A DNA stretch of 63,061 nucleotides, the filler included, from Choristocarpus tenellus KU-1152 (taxonomy: Eukaryota > Protista > Phaeophyceae): the NCBI GenBank assembly GCA_964200185.2. It is 11 parts of 11 records of this genome, joined end to end, with 100 filler letters (N's around TTAATTAATTAA, not from the genome) between each part and the next. Parts side by side here need not be neighbours in the genome. Positions count along the whole stretch, not along the records: positions 23,085 to 33,505 come from CAXNAD020002942.1; positions 33,606 to 37,657 come from CAXNAD020016466.1; positions 37,758 to 40,958 come from CAXNAD020021582.1; 8 more parts are not named here. One strand, written 5' to 3'. Made by a program: the position numbers and the translations under genes. Numbering within the stretch: the stretch's first letter is position 1; each line of letters opens with the position of its first letter. Below the pieces are notes generated by a model, which made no database searches, was not told the origin of the DNA, and worked only from the letters and a program-made list of their open reading frames with translations. Shown here one piece after another: positions 25,261-39,621 of this stretch.

Positions 25261-25503
25261 GAGCCAAACGAATTGAGAGGTAGGCAGGGTTTAGACCCTT
25301 GCATATTCTAAGTCATCCTTCTTACCCTGTGCAATACAATCTACTTCATTTCCTTACGTGTACAATAGTGTGCGCAAAATTGATATTCCCCCTTTCGACC
25401 ACGATTTTGCAAAGGCATTTTCTGCAATTACACAAATGACATATTTTGCCCTTTCTTAGGGTCCTCCTTACAATGCAACCTTACCTCTCAATTGGTTTAG
25501 CTC
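25261..25503 (+). mobile_element. MITE family C (~245 bp)
   Basis: GAGCCAAACGAATTGAGAGGTAGG ... CTTACCTCTCAATTGGTTTAGCTC with ATGA/ATAA flanks. Homologous copies lie at 28049-28280, 51018-51275 and 52044-52303. Confidence 0.85.
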
Positions 25504-27518
25504 ATAAGTGAAGGGTTACTGTTCTTACTGCATTGGCCACATCCAGCCTAGTCATGTTGCTCACCTTAAAATGGAAGCACTATGATATCTTGTGTTCCTC
25601 CCGCTTGATTCCCAGCTTTAGAAATGACAACACGATCAGGCATGTAGTTTGGGTGTGAAGTTGACCACTCAAACTCTCGATTTAGATTTGTTTGAATGAT
25701 AAAATGGGTACAAGTTTCGAGTCTCTCGTATATGTGCAACAAGAAAACTGTTCCGGCAGGTCAAGGTTCTTGGTGGGGAACCCATTGTTGAGGGGGGCGC
25801 AACACCATCTCACTCTTCAATTTAAACCAGTACCATCCTATCATCCACGTTTACTGAAACCATGACCTTGACCACACTTCAAGAGTTAAATCCGATACTG
25901 CACAAAACCATTGCGTCTAAAAGTGGATACCAGCTTGTTATTCCAAGTCCTTGAGGCTTGCACTAGGCAATACAAGGACCGGTTCAAGTGCGTTGTGTAA
26001 GACAAATCTCCACCCCTGATTGGGGCGTATATACACCTCCTCCTCCAGGTTTAGATTGGACGAAAACCTGCTCCATTGTAGATGCCACATTCTAAATTCC
26101 AATTTACACACCAGACTGGCTATCACCTTGATATAAGAGAGGGAACGTGTGGAGGCAGATGCCTTGAAGGAGTCGATACTGTACTCCTGGCCAACCATTG
26201 AGCAACTAGTTTAGCCTTAGCACCATTAATTATCCCTCGAGGGTAATTTTTCCACATCGTTGACATTGTGCAAATAGGACTCATTGTGTAAGGTGTTCCT
26301 CTCTAGTGTGAATGAGTAAACGTTCAAGTTAAATAGTCCATGAAATGCCACTGATGAGATAATATGCTCAGACTGATTGGTTATTGATTGGTATTGGAGT
26401 TAGACTCCTTATTGTTCAAGGGGTGAACATTGGTCTGAAAAAAAGCTGGGAGAGGAAGGTGATGGAGGCTTCCCACGGCCCGTTCGATAGCGTGTGAAGA
26501 TCGTTTTGGTTGTAGAAAAAGAAGAGTAACAGAAGTGGACCACAGAGATTCAAGTTTGTTCTGGGCACTTTAACAGAAAAATGGACTGGAAAGTAATGAT
26601 TGGGTATGGTAAGTCGGACTTGCAAATCGGACGGGCAAACGACCCTTGATAGAGATCAAGCGTCAGTTGTTAAAACATAGGCTGCTCCTCTTTTGTTTTA
26701 TTGATACAGTATACTATTACCAGTTCATACTGACTGTTGATTCGAATACCAGTACTTCGCACATCAGTATTGGTCGTTACTCACCTTTTACATCAGTGAT
26801 ACTACATCATAGAAATTCGATTGCCGTTGCAATTCCATGGTTGATAGGAAGTATGAAACAGTCGACATCTCTCAAGCATACAAGTATAGTATGTGGCACA
26901 TGTGTTGTCTCAAATATTGATTGAAGTTTGTGTCTTTCTTTTCTATCTGCACAACAGAACCACCAGTTGTATCTTGTACAATGTTTCTTATTTTTTCTTT
27001 GGTTGGCCTTGCCCCCACTCAGATACCGAACTCACTCTGTACTAAAGATACCTGATACGCAACTGGATGGTATGTATTCGGAGTTTAAAATCCACAAAAA
27101 CACTTCTTCACAAGGTGGCAAGCCTCTAGACAGAGCACGAATATCTTCCCTTGATTGTGTGCTAAGGAATACCCAACATCGCTGTTCCAAATAACCACTG
27201 TCTGTGCAGAGCAAAGGTTCACCAGCATGAACTCATCAGTGCTTTACTGCACTACGACAGCCCTTCATCACAAACAACCTGTCGCTGTACAAGAGGGCAC
27301 GATTCATTCAACCCCAGTTTCCAACAGGTTATGACCCTCACACGATTCCCCTTCGTCATTCAAACCCCAGTTCTCAACATTACTACAACAGATCTACTGC
27401 TCTGTTCCCTTGTGCACGACCATATCGACACCAAAATGCATGCCCCTCTCTGGGTGACAGGGTAATATAGAAATATACTAGGTACCTTCGGTCATTCTTA
27501 CGCCATAAATTGCACAAT

Positions 27519-27580
27519 GAGTCAAAGTATCTAAGAGGGTAGATCCGCGTCCGTTCGGGGTCCAAAATCCAATATTGCCA
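27519..27580 (+). mobile_element. MITE family A left-end fragment
   Basis: GAGTCAAAGTATCTAAGAGGGTAGATCCGCGTCC... Confidence 0.8.
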
Positions 27581-28048
27581 ATTGCAAGGTATGTGATCTT
27601 TTCATCTTGGTAACTCTTTAGATCACAAGAAGACTAATATATCTGTATGTCGCAGTTAGCCAATACAGAGAATCCAGTCACCCTGCATCTCCCTGTCCCC
27701 TCAAGTAGATGTCTTTTAAATTGAGGCATTACTCCATCAGGGATGCGCCCCCAACATTCCCAAAAGGGAGACTATAAAATAAACGGGGAGAACCAACAGT
27801 TACATTCAGTTACTTTTATACAACATAGAAATCACTCTATCCATGTATGGGGTACCACATTAGTACTGTCTATTGTTCCTCCCACTTCAATGTAATCCGT
27901 TTGTGATGAGACGATCCAGCAATGCATTCTTCGGTCGACGGCTGATGTGGTTGAACAGGATTTTGCTAAAGAGCAATAGGGTCTGGGATCCTTCCTTGAG
28001 TTACAAGTACTAATGATAACGGGCCAGCAATGTTTGCTGGGTTGAATC

Positions 28049-28280
28049 GACTAAAACTTAGAGGTAGGCAGGGTTACATTCCAAGGGAATTTAGTACAAT
28101 CGCAAGAAGAGCAGTCACTGAATTGTGGTGTCACTTTGCGTGAGGAAAGGGGCAATATCAATTTTGCATGCACTACTATGCACATAAAGCAATGAAATAA
28201 AGTGTATTGCACAGGGCAAGCAAGATGACTTGGAAATGTAAGACGGTCCGAACCTGCCTCCCTCTCGATTGGTTTTGCTC
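28049..28280 (-). mobile_element. MITE family C, diverged
   Basis: AGAGGTAGGCAGGGTT ... CCTCTCGATTGGTTTTGCTC, reverse-complementary to the body of 25261-25503. Confidence 0.75.
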
Positions 28281-28805
28281 ATATTGGTGTTTTTTTACTT
28301 AAAAAAATAGTGACTGTATGAAAGGGGTTGTTGTGTCTGTGGATAGGAAGGTCGAGCAAGACAAAAAATGCGTGTTTCTGCGAGGTAATTCTCTAAGAAG
28401 GAGCCGAAAGAGAAGAGTGGACAAACAGAGGAGACCCCTGCATCTCTGATCCCTTGTTTATCCCTCTGGTAAGGCTCGAGTCAGCAAAAACTTCCTCAGG
28501 TGATTTATGGATTGATGATCGCTACCTTGATTGACCGTAATGAGGGCCTTGAGAAGAGAGGCATAAACCATATTCCATTTTTTTTCTTTTCATTGGTAGT
28601 AAGAAGCATGCAATACACCACAAAACAGAATATTATACTACTAAATGTGGAGCGTGCCTTTATATTTCAATAGTTTTGGTGTCGCTCAGGTTGTTTCCAC
28701 ACAATTATGCTAAGAAGAATGCTAATGAGGGTATATGGTGTACTGTCAATTGTCCCAGAACAATGATATGCTATTTTCTAACGTCTCTTGCTTCGCCACT
28801 ATATC

Positions 28806-31800
28806 CTAAGTAGTGGAGTTTGACTGAACCCCCCAGGACAATACAGGGCACTTCCAGGGCGTGGTTTCATGCCACTTGTGTGTGAGCCCTGGGTGGTAGG
28901 CACGGAGAACCCCCAACTGGTGCTTCCCCAGCATCACCTTCACAAGAAGAAAAAGAAATGGAGAAGGAAGTGTGATCCGAGTGCAGTAGAGGATGCAGGA
29001 GAATCGTCAGAACATGGCTCCAACTATTGCCCTGTAAAGAAACACAGCATGCCGGGACTTGATGGCACAAACGATACATTAAACCACTGTGACAAAAAGT
29101 TTTATATCGAGGTCTTTCCACTGGAGTCGATCACAACTCCTGCCCTCACCTCCGTCCATCTCCCCGAAACCCGTGTGAATGCATTTTTTCAATTTTGTTA
29201 CTTCAAGCATTGCCCGAATATACCGAGACTTAGATGCTTTCACGATCACAATTTTCCTTCGTATATATAATGACAGCGAGCAATCAAGGACGTACTTCCC
29301 GAGCCACACCATGAAAAGCCTTGGAATCTCGTGCGCAAAAAGGTACGGCAATCTGCGTCGGTTGCACAATAGGGTGTAGATTGAATTTGAAGCACAAAAT
29401 CGGCTTGAGAGTATCCATACACACCATACCTTGTGAATGAAGACCGTATCTTCATAACCCCAGCGACCCTGATTGGTATCCTGCAGTCCTCCCACAGAGA
29501 CAAAATCAGACGAGTACATGGCGATAGGGCCAAACGTGCTCGTTGGATACGTACATGTACCTGGCGTCACGAAGCGAAGCGCATATTACGACAAAAAAAA
29601 GTTCATTTTTGAGTGAAGTCGGTGTTCCTACGGTAATGTACTTCCTGACCTTGAAATGTAAGCGTGTAACTGAAAAATTGCATCCTGCTGGAACAATGGT
29701 GACTGCTACAGAACATGGGGCTCCATAGACTCAAGCGAGATGGGAAAGGGTACAGTCAGGTGGCTTCCCTTGGGGATGAGGGGAACGACTAAGCAACATA
29801 TGCGTAAGGAACAACCTCAGACTGTGATCTGGCGGGGGGAAAAGCTTCAGCGACCAGTCGTACCACAACAACCAATAAATGGTTTTAAGATGAAACGGAC
29901 AAAGACCAGGAACACATTTCTGTAACCGAAATAAACCACCGTATCACCTCACAACAATATGCCAATTCTGTCACTGACAGATATAGAGAAGATATATTTC
30001 TCTCCCATAGTGCTCAACAATATGTAATATATATATATATGTTCATTACACATTACATCTCTCTCTGTCTCTCAAGTCTCGGGCATTCATAACTATCTAC
30101 TCACGATTAATCAATCGCTCCAGATTGGGCCAGATTCGTTTCTGCCACTCACACATCAATCAATCCAAACATCAACAGTCCTGTCAGCTTTGTGTTTCTG
30201 GGAAAAACAGTGGTGATATATACTTCAAAGTGAACATATGGAAGGACTAAAGAGGATCTGTATACTCTCGAGGTGCAGACATATTTTGCTCTCAGCAGCT
30301 CGGTACAACCATGCAGCAAGCAGTGTCAGTACATGTCAGACCAGTATTAACTACATGAGAGGAACAGGTTCTACCATAGCATACAGGTGTGCAAATAGGT
30401 CATCAGATAGCATTATCATTTAAGATTGAGTTGCGGTTTAGTTGCTGTAACATCATGACTACATAAGATACTGTTGACAATATATGTTGCGTTAATTATA
30501 AGGTCAACAGTAAATATGATACTGTCAAGATGCTGCACTGACAACCCATTTTCTTAGTTACGGGAATTGTGAATTTTCCTGACGAGTTCAAAGCCCGCAA
30601 ACTAGAACTCTATTATGAATTCTGGTTGGTATCAGCATGCGTGTTACATACTAATGGGATAATGACAATGTTATAGAAGGGAGCCAAACCAATTGCTTAC
30701 CCTTCTTGCCCATTCCCTCGTACGGGACTAAGAAGTTAACAGCTTGTCGGCCTTGGATGACCGTCCTTCGAAGAATATCTGGCAAGTCGCAAGGAGGTAT
30801 GAGATCTGCATCATGGACAAGAATTATCTGATCCAGAGGCACCTTAGCTGCAGCGTCCATGATAGCTGTTGCCTTACTGAATGGACTAGAAGTTAGTACA
30901 TGAACTGCATCCACCTGATTTTAACATCACAAAATGTCATGCAAACCAGGTCACTGAGGAAGTTGATCTTTCAGTGAACCTTGGAAACAGTGATCCTTGT
31001 TTTGTATAACGATTTTTAAGGTGTACAGGAGGAGTTGATGCGTGGAGGTATCAGTGGAGTTCACAACAAATCATAGATGTCTTTGGGATGACTTTAGTTT
31101 AGATGGTGCTTAGGAGGGAGTGGTTCTATGTAGTATTTTAAAGGACAGTTGTATCGGGTCATGGGAGGGACTCCTGGCCATTATATACCCATCCATATTG
31201 ACATCATGGTTTTATCATTGTATTCTTCTGTGCTGATTCACATCTTTAAAAAACACTGTGGGGATAGAGGTTCCGCTTTCTTTCTCCTGCCCTTCCCGTG
31301 GGTGATCCTCCAGGAGAGAACATCCGCCGTGAAGTATGCTGTTCCAAGTGGGGCTAGCTCCAATTCTGCTTCACTTTGCCTTGCAAAAAATTGCTATTAA
31401 CAGCATTCAGAACAACACGAATATAGTGAGTGTGGCATATTGTCACATACACTAACAAATATCAAGACACATGCTTTAAAACAACGGTAACGATGTATAC
31501 ACTCGCAAAATAAGCAATTGGCCAGGTAACGGAGGGATGAAGTCGTGTTGTAGATACAGGCATCAAAACGCCATAGCACGTCTGGCTCGTCTATCATATG
31601 TTATCAACTACTGCAAGTAAGGCCTCATCGTTTTGGCCCATGTTAGGGTCGTACTTCACAGATTGGTGGAGTTGAATGCCCAACAGGGCCTGCTCTTCAC
31701 TCGGGACTCGATGGTGACCAACCCTACTCTGACTTACACTGTGGGGGGATATCATTTTAGAGAGCATAGAGATCATCACTTTTTTTCTGAATTTGTGTTA

Positions 31801-33404
31801 ATTAGTACTATTTGCTTCGATTTAGTTTCGAGACTATCCTGAATCGTGGTCAGAGGTTCTACACACTACGTAACTTCTCATACTACTGTAGCTGATCATT
31901 GCACTACAACTAATTGTACAGCCTCCGTTTGGGCCTTGCTTCTCACAAGTTGGAATCAGTCATATCACCACTCATCGCCTTACCCCCTCCCTTTAACCTT
32001 GTACTGGATCAGGACTAGTGTCGCTCTGCAACATTAATGAAGTCTTGCCACCTCTTTCTTGGTCATAGCGATAGATAGGATAGTACAGGTATGCAAACTG
32101 TGATGCTTGTCACATGGACTTTGGATAGTCAATACCGAACTCCATGAGAAGAAGTCTTGCATCAATGGGGTTCAGAACTGTGAAATCCATGCAGCGAACA
32201 GTTTCCTTCACAACAGAGCCACAAGGATGCCCATAGAAGCATGTATGTTACATTTTCACTTTGCGAAGTAGTTCCCATTAGGCGAAGGTAAACAGTGCGC
32301 GTAAAACGCGTATGGAATATCCAAAAATTTATCTCCTCAATTTCAGATTTTAGATTAATTGATATTTTATGATCGGATATGATCAATTGCCATGGTGCCA
32401 ATTCAGAACACCATTAATATTACATTCACAAGTAGTGATAAAATACTTTAAATGACATGTTTGTACTGTGGAACGTATGTAAACTGCTGCAGAGAGAGTA
32501 ATACACACAAGGGAAGGAAGGAGAGATGTGTAACCAAATACAGGCTAAGCAATCGTGAAACACCCTGCATGATGAAGCGGTCCTTTTCTTGCACAGACTT
32601 AACGGAAAAATTTGTATCTTCCTTCTCAATTCCCAAAAATCCGAATCTTCCTAAAATGCCTCATATAATCTTTTATCAAAAAGCGGTTAGAATTATGTGT
32701 TTCTATTTGATTGGAGATGCGATCTGACAATGAAAAGATCATTGAAGCTTTATGCCGGATTATCTATACCTTGACTGCCAGATATATACAAACGTCATAT
32801 CGGTCTGTGGATCTAAGATCTTTTATTTAGCAGAAATATAAGTACTTTTCTGACTTAGTCAGTAACCTGTCCCTCAAAAGGTTCAATTTAATCCGTTGTT
32901 TCAACGACACAAACATTGCTAAGCATTAAATGTAGAGATAAGCTTGGAGACACTCACATTATACTTCTTCAGCAAAGCCTCCACTTTGGTGTCTTCAGAG
33001 GCTATCAACACTCGGAAATTGCTTCCCCCAACATTTGACGTTGACTCTGAATGTGATTCTTTCTCCTCCCATCTCCTCCCCCAGACATTCCTTTCACCCG
33101 TCCTGCCCTTATCTGAGGTCCACCCCCCAGAGGTTTGCTTTGCCCCTTCCATCACAGAGCTTGAAGAGGTTGAACTGCTGTTACTCTTATCCTCTGGTGA
33201 AAATGCAGTTGCCATAGTTGCAACCTCACCCCTGGCTCCACCTTTGGGCTCTAGCATTGGAGGCCAAAACACGCTGGGGTATGTATGTTTATCACAGGTC
33301 GGAGACCTGAGGTCTGGGTTCTCAATGGAACACAGTGGTCCCCTCGCCAGGAGCTCAAGGCGGGGAAGGAGAACTTTGAGGCGGGGCAAGAGACCAGATG
33401 AGAC
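28806..33404 (-). CDS. GT7-family beta-1,4-GalNAc-transferase-like glycosyltransferase (B4GALNT3/4 or chondroitin GalNAc-transferase type), 5'-incomplete. Exons 33404-32958, 30914-30701, 29560-29430, 28937-28806
   Basis: The spliced frame reads NFRVLIASEDTKVEALLKKYN|VDAVHVLTSSPFSKATAI...IILVHDAD...RRTVIQGRQ...|GTCTYPTSTFGPIAMYSSDFVSVGGLQDTNQGRWGYED...K|VMLGKHQLGVLRAYHPGLTHKWH..stop. The DxD, FG-x4-YxSDF-xxVGG, WGxED and HxWH motifs are in GT7 order, and all junctions are GT-AG and in phase. Confidence 0.9.
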
Positions 33405-33728
33405 CTGAGAGGAACGTTGGGTAGGATGGTGACCAGTTCCAAGAGTTTGTGATATGGTGGAAGAACATAACGACTTCAAAAGACCCAAAGTATCTGGGAG
33501 GGGGGNNNNNNNNNNNNNNNNNNNNNNNNNNNNNNNNNNNNNNNNNNNNTTAATTAATTAANNNNNNNNNNNNNNNNNNNNNNNNNNNNNNNNNNNNNNN
33601 NNNNNAAAACAAAACAACAAAAAACACCCCTGGTGGCTCCAACACACCAAAACACCACACCACCCCCCCTTCAACACACCTCCCCCCCCCCCCCCCCCCC
33701 CCCACCCCCACTTCCAACCCCCACTCAC

Positions 33729-35356
33729 CATCAAATCGGTTACGTTTAATGTAGTCCACAATAGGTCGAAGTCGGGTGACCCATCGATTGCCCACTCCTC
33801 CTCCAAGAACCCTGACATGGAAAAGAAGCCATTAAAGAAAGTAGAAAGAGAGAGAGGGCAATCAAATAGCCCAAAAACATGTGTACGTAAGTGTTCCTAG
33901 TATGTTCTTACGTGTGCAAATCCAGGAGGACACAGTGTACAAAAAAAGATGCCTCTAGCTTTGGAGCAACTGAGGAAGGGGGTCTCAACCACAAACGCCT
34001 AACTTCTTACGTGAACAAAAGCCTCATCTTTGGTCCAAACTGGTACCAGCACAAGTCCAACTCCAAAAGACTGAAGCACAAACCCTTCACATCTATTTTT
34101 ATAATACAAAATACCATAGGTATATCAACATTTTCAAGGCATGTCTCCGCCTTCTCTCAAGATTCTCGACTCTACCTGCAGCCTGACCAATGTATCACTA
34201 CAAGGGGGAGGAGAAAGAATCCTACATCTAGATATATTTGATATGTAGGTATATTTGACATATTTAGATACATCTGACACACCTGCTGGTTGAGTCCACA
34301 ATGCTGGAGAAGCGGTTGAGGGTTTGTCTGGCGTAGGCCAGTAGACATTCAAACACCTCCTCCTCAGTTTCTACACCATGAGCACCCTTGGTTTTGATCA
34401 GGGTTATCGTGGAGTTATAATATTTGGGAAGGGGAGGGGGTGGGAGGATCTCAGCAGGTTCAAGTATTTCATCCCTTTAATAATTTCAGTCCTCGTGTCC
34501 ACAACTTTTGAACCAGAGAGTCCTGAGGTGGAATACGTGAAGGTGTGATGATGTAAAACCTATTATGTCAATGTAACACCTATTATGTTGTGAACATATT
34601 GAGGGCTGGGAAAAGTATGTTTGGAACAACAGGTCACTAGGCAATTCCTTCTGTTACAGCAACAACGATAGGAAATATACAACCGATTGAGGGCCACCAT
34701 GTAGACATTGAAAAAGGCATCTAGACATTGGAAAAACCATGTTCAACTGTAACAATTCCATAACGTGACCAAGATGATCATGAGCATTATTCATTCTACC
34801 ACACCTTACTGTCCAGTTATGTATTCTAGTACAAAGACTGTACTGTGTACTTCAAGTGGCTGCGACTGAACTTCAACCATAACTCAGTCTCAAGCACTCA
34901 CTACAACTGTACTGTTCAGTCCTCCAGTCCCTATAAAACAAAACAAATGTGTGAGACAAACACTAGACCAACACCCTACCTTCCTTTTATGAAAACCTAC
35001 CAAAGCAACCTTTCAGTTTGCATTTGATAGTGATGTCACCCTATGTCACCTATGTAACGCCTTTCAATGGTCTTTTTTAATTGCAATCTCTATCTCAACA
35101 AGGTCCATCAGAATCTCTCTCAAACAACTATCTAAGAAAACATCTTTCTTGACTAGATAAAACAGAATCCCATTTCCAAAACTATCTCTGAAAACATCTT
35201 GACCAAAAAAAAGTCCTGACGGTGGTCAACTGCTTAGAAAAAAAAAAATCATGACAAAAAAAAAGTCTTGAAAAAAAAAGGAATTGAATCCATCATCTTT
35301 CCCCAGTTAAGTTACATGCACAGCTTTCCAACTACAGCCATATATAATACATCAAT

Positions 35357-35387
<31 letters not shown>

Positions 35388-37144
35388 TGCATGCTACAGT
35401 ATTCACAGAGTCATCATGCCACTACAGCTGCAATCAACACAACCCTACCTACCAACAACGGAGACTAACTCCAAGCCGTTCTTACCTTCAATAGGCCACA
35501 ACACTACACAAGTCAACGCAGAATCATCCTCTCTCTCCAAATAGTTAATAGTTCACATTCCTTGCTCTCATTAAAGCATACACACAAACACATTGCTGTA
35601 GTTCACCTTGAGAGCATCCACACCGTAGGTATCCAGGAGGATCAGTGCACGAATCGTCACCCACTCCCACATTTCCTTCTTGAGATCATCAGGAGCAGTC
35701 TCGTAGGAGACAAGCTGAGCATCTCTCAACTCCAACGCCTGGTATGGTAAAAGATAAAAAAAAGTAAAAAAAAAAAGATAAACCCGAGATACAAATCATG
35801 TGCATTTTTATTATTATTTATTATGTAGAGAGTAAAAAAATAAAATAAAATAAAAGGAGGAATGTAAATCTCTAAACTCTAGTGCGAATCGAGGTGGTGT
35901 ATTTGAATCTTTATGGCAAGTGTGTCCACGCATCAACATTCGGGGTAAGAGTCAAATACCCAACTGTTTACATTCATTCTAACTGTTCACATTCTAATTG
36001 TTTACATCCTCAAGAGGATGTCACAGACAGAACCTATGGTTCGTAGGTCTTGAGACTTGAGTGTTACAGGACACAACAGGACCAAGCTATGCACCCTTTG
36101 AAGTGGGAGCATTGAAGGATGTAACACATGAACACATACATAGTGTTACAGGGCACTTGTCACATAACTGCACATAGATACAGTCTATGCTGTGGAAATG
36201 CGCTATGCGTGTGTTTTGTTTGGAGTAAATGAGTGTCCATCATATTGGCACATGTGAACATCTTCAGTAAATGTCAACACCTACAATGTCAACATCAGAC
36301 ACAAGAACACACTACACATCACTAGAGACAGAGTGTAGACAGAAAGACCATGGAAGACCTTACAAAAATAAGAAAGTGGGACACACAGGTTTGATCTCAC
36401 ATGCAGATTATTTTTAACCATTCCCCCCCCCCCCCGCTTGCAATTTTTTTCAGTCACGTTGTATGTTGTCATTCCAATTGCTGACATTTTGCATTTTGCA
36501 GATCATCAGGGGAGTAATAAAAAAAAAGATTACACAAAAAGGAATCTCTGTGCCAATTCACTACCTTAGTCTTCTGCAATAAAATAAATTAAATCATGGA
36601 AATAGATACAACTCAACCCAAGAGATAACAGGTGCAATAAATCATTGAATAAATAATTCACACCCCTACAAAAAAAAAAACACGATCAATACACATCTCA
36701 TATATATATATATATATTGTTCACAAACGTTACTCATCTCAGTTCGTGCAGATTAAAAATAAAGTTAAGTCAAGTCAAGTCCTGTATTTTGACAGTAACC
36801 CAGTATTTAGGACTGAGGACACCGAGTCGATTTAACTTAATCTTTACTTTAGATACACTAAGAATAAAATTAAAATTAAAATTAAAAATAAACCAAACCC
36901 CGATAAATAAAAAATACATTTCAAGCAGGTACAACTGATTTGCCCACAGTGTTGACAGGTTCCTCCTCCCCCTCCTGCCAGACCCCAACTGCCCAATATT
37001 GCCCCCCACCATCCACAAGAATTCACTCACATCAGGTTCAAACTGCCTGAGGGTCATGAAGGCCAACACTGTGTGCATTCCGTTGACAATGCTGAACTTT
37101 CTTTTATAGAAGTACTCTGCTTCAACGCTATTTTTAGGAAGGAC
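33729..37144 (-). CDS. M1PDH: Mannitol-1-phosphate dehydrogenase (brown-algal type), C-terminal-domain exons 37144-37031, 35738-35607, 34386-34283, 33811-33729; both ends missing
   Basis: The spliced frame reads EAEYFYKRKFSIVNGMHTVLAFMTL...|...YGVDALK|GAHGVETEEEVF...TLNRFSSIVDSTS|RVLGGGVGNRWVTRL. It contains the KxxxxNxxH catalytic motif of polyol-specific long-chain dehydrogenases and a RF-x4-D-x3-RV motif as in MtlD. Confidence 0.88.
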
Positions 37145-38380
37145 CTGGGTTGTTTTTTTTTAACATGCGAGGGAGTTCCAATGATTTTGGCGGTCAAATG
37201 AAAATGTATACGATGATCACAAACAAAACACAACCAGCCAGAGCAGCACACAACACGCCATCCAGAGCAATAACAATACTTTACTTGGAGGTAATGTGGG
37301 GAAATGCTTTGGGAGGCGTGAATGCATGCACCAAAAAGGGTAGAGTTAGTAAATATTGATAAAACACATAATTGTTCATATACATTGCTTGGCATTCCCC
37401 CCCTCGAGAGGGTAGTGTCTGTCAATTCACTAATGAATTAAATTAAATTAAACAATCACATGATTCATGACTACCATATAGCTGGGGGAAATATAGGCAC
37501 CAATACGCACGAACACCAACTAACTGCATCTGCATCTGCAAATAAATATAAATATATATATGTATGACTTAATGGATAGTAAAATAGTTTGAATTCTGAG
37601 GTTAGGAAAGAATGTGCTTGTGGAGGGGGGGGGGGGGGGGGGGGGGAGGGAAAAAAANNNNNNNNNNNNNNNNNNNNNNNNNNNNNNNNNNNNNNNNNNN
37701 NTTAATTAATTAANNNNNNNNNNNNNNNNNNNNNNNNNNNNNNNNNNNNNNNNNNNNGGTGTAGAGCCCCCCCCCCCCCAAGATACTTTGAGCCAGGTTT
37801 GCAATTGTACTACATACACAAGAACACATTTCAAACAAAAATTAGGAACAAAACAAACGATCTTGGCTCCCCAGAACAATCCAGTTCAGGCAAACGCAGT
37901 AATCCAACAGTACACCCCATGTCATACAGGGGAACAAACGGGGTTTGACTGACTATTACAGCATCTCTTACATTCACCTACTCCCTCTCCAACCTCCCAA
38001 TCCATAACTTCATCCATATTTTGCCACTCAAGGTTGAGAACCAATATTGCTTACATACACGCCTTCCAATTAATATAATCGAACAAAAACTCTGCTCTAC
38101 AATGTACGCCTGTCTCAAACTTTGACAAAAAATATTTTATTACACAAGGGTGGAAGTACACCTCTACAACCTCTGAACCTTCAATCTGCAGCACTTGGGT
38201 ATATATACACCCTCTTCCGAGGGTCAGATCATGCCTCACTACACCAAATCAATCCCATTTGCCCCTACATAAATCGCCTACACAAATTTTAATACAAAAT
38301 AAATTTTAAAAAAATGTACAACAATACCCTAATACCCTGCAACACATACATCTTTTACATCATTTCTACAACTTTTGTCA

Positions 38381-38766
38381 GGGCTTTTCACTGGACTGGC
38401 AAATTTAAATGATCCCGTCTATGGATCGGAACAGTCCCGCGTTTTTTGTCGTGTGTCTAGACCATGCACTCTAGACCATGTCCCAGTCCATGTCCACTGG
38501 CCAGACCAGGTCCAACATCCTCTACCATGTCCGGATCATTTCCACCAACTAGTCTAACTTCTTCCATGTTCAGATCATTTCCACCAACTAGTCTAACTTC
38601 TTCCATGTTCAGATCATTTCCACGTGGTCAGGCTGCCGCTGACCGACCCCGTCAAAAGAAGTGTGGACATTGCCAAGTCCATGGTCATCAACAGTTTGAA
38701 CATGACATCACCATGTGGCTGATAGTGGACGTGATAACTGTCCTGCCCTGCCCAGTGAAAGGACCC
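38381..38766. mobile_element. Putative MITE family E with imperfect TIRs and an internal 39-bp tandem duplication
   Basis: The left end GGGCTTTTCACTGGACTGGCA matches the reverse complement of the right end, GGGTCCTTTCACTGGGCAGGGCA. GATCATTTCCACCAACTAGTCTAACTTCTTCCATGTTCA is repeated 2.3 times at 38534-38623. Confidence 0.6.
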
Positions 38767-39621
38767 AATTAAAAGATATATAATCGTTCTCATTTTCTGG
38801 TTACGAGGGGGAAAAGTTGTCCCTGTCCACTCGAATTTGATGGACTTGAACAGAGACAGGAGATAGGCAGAAATACTAATGGAGCAGCCCAGATAAACTT
38901 GTCCATGTGTCTAGACTTCAATAGGAACAAAGTCCATTCCGGGAAAGGTCGTTCCCCCGTGAATCTGGGCATCCCAGAACAGGCGGTTCAGAAGTTACAC
39001 AGGTAACTCAGGACTGCTAGAATAATGGTTTTTAAAGATGAACAAAAACATGAAACACCAATAAACAAATCATACACCATTAATAGGTACGTTGTTTAAA
39101 ACACACAAATTCATCTCAAGAGTCTGTTATCGACGACAAGATCTATTTGCTGTAAGTGTGCTACAGGCTATTTTCAAAATCCTTGAAAAGGAAAAGACAC
39201 ACACACACACACACAATTTTTTTATGATTATTTGAAAATCCTACTAATATCGAGTTCATTCCATAATAACCGCATCATAACCACAGAACCCTCTACATAG
39301 CCAGGATGACATTCTTGAACAATTTCCACAAAACCCCATTTTCACAGATACCTTTTCTAGACTCTCTTCCAACGACCCACCTACAGATAACCACTCCACA
39401 CGTTCCCACCCTACAACTCCGCCTTCAAACACCCTAAAAACACCACCATATCTCTCTCAAGAGCAGAGCACAGAACCTAATCAATCTTCTCTACCTCAAA
39501 ACAGTCCTACGGAACCATTACAGCAAAAGTAATAAAAATATTGCATCACAGGATCACCAGGAAGAGCTTTTCCTTAACCTACCATCAACGCAACATTTCT
39601 ATTTCTACAAATGCTGCCCAC

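Noticed and set aside
32944-33408. 154-aa plus-strand ORF
   Set aside because: Antisense shadow of the glycosyltransferase exon.
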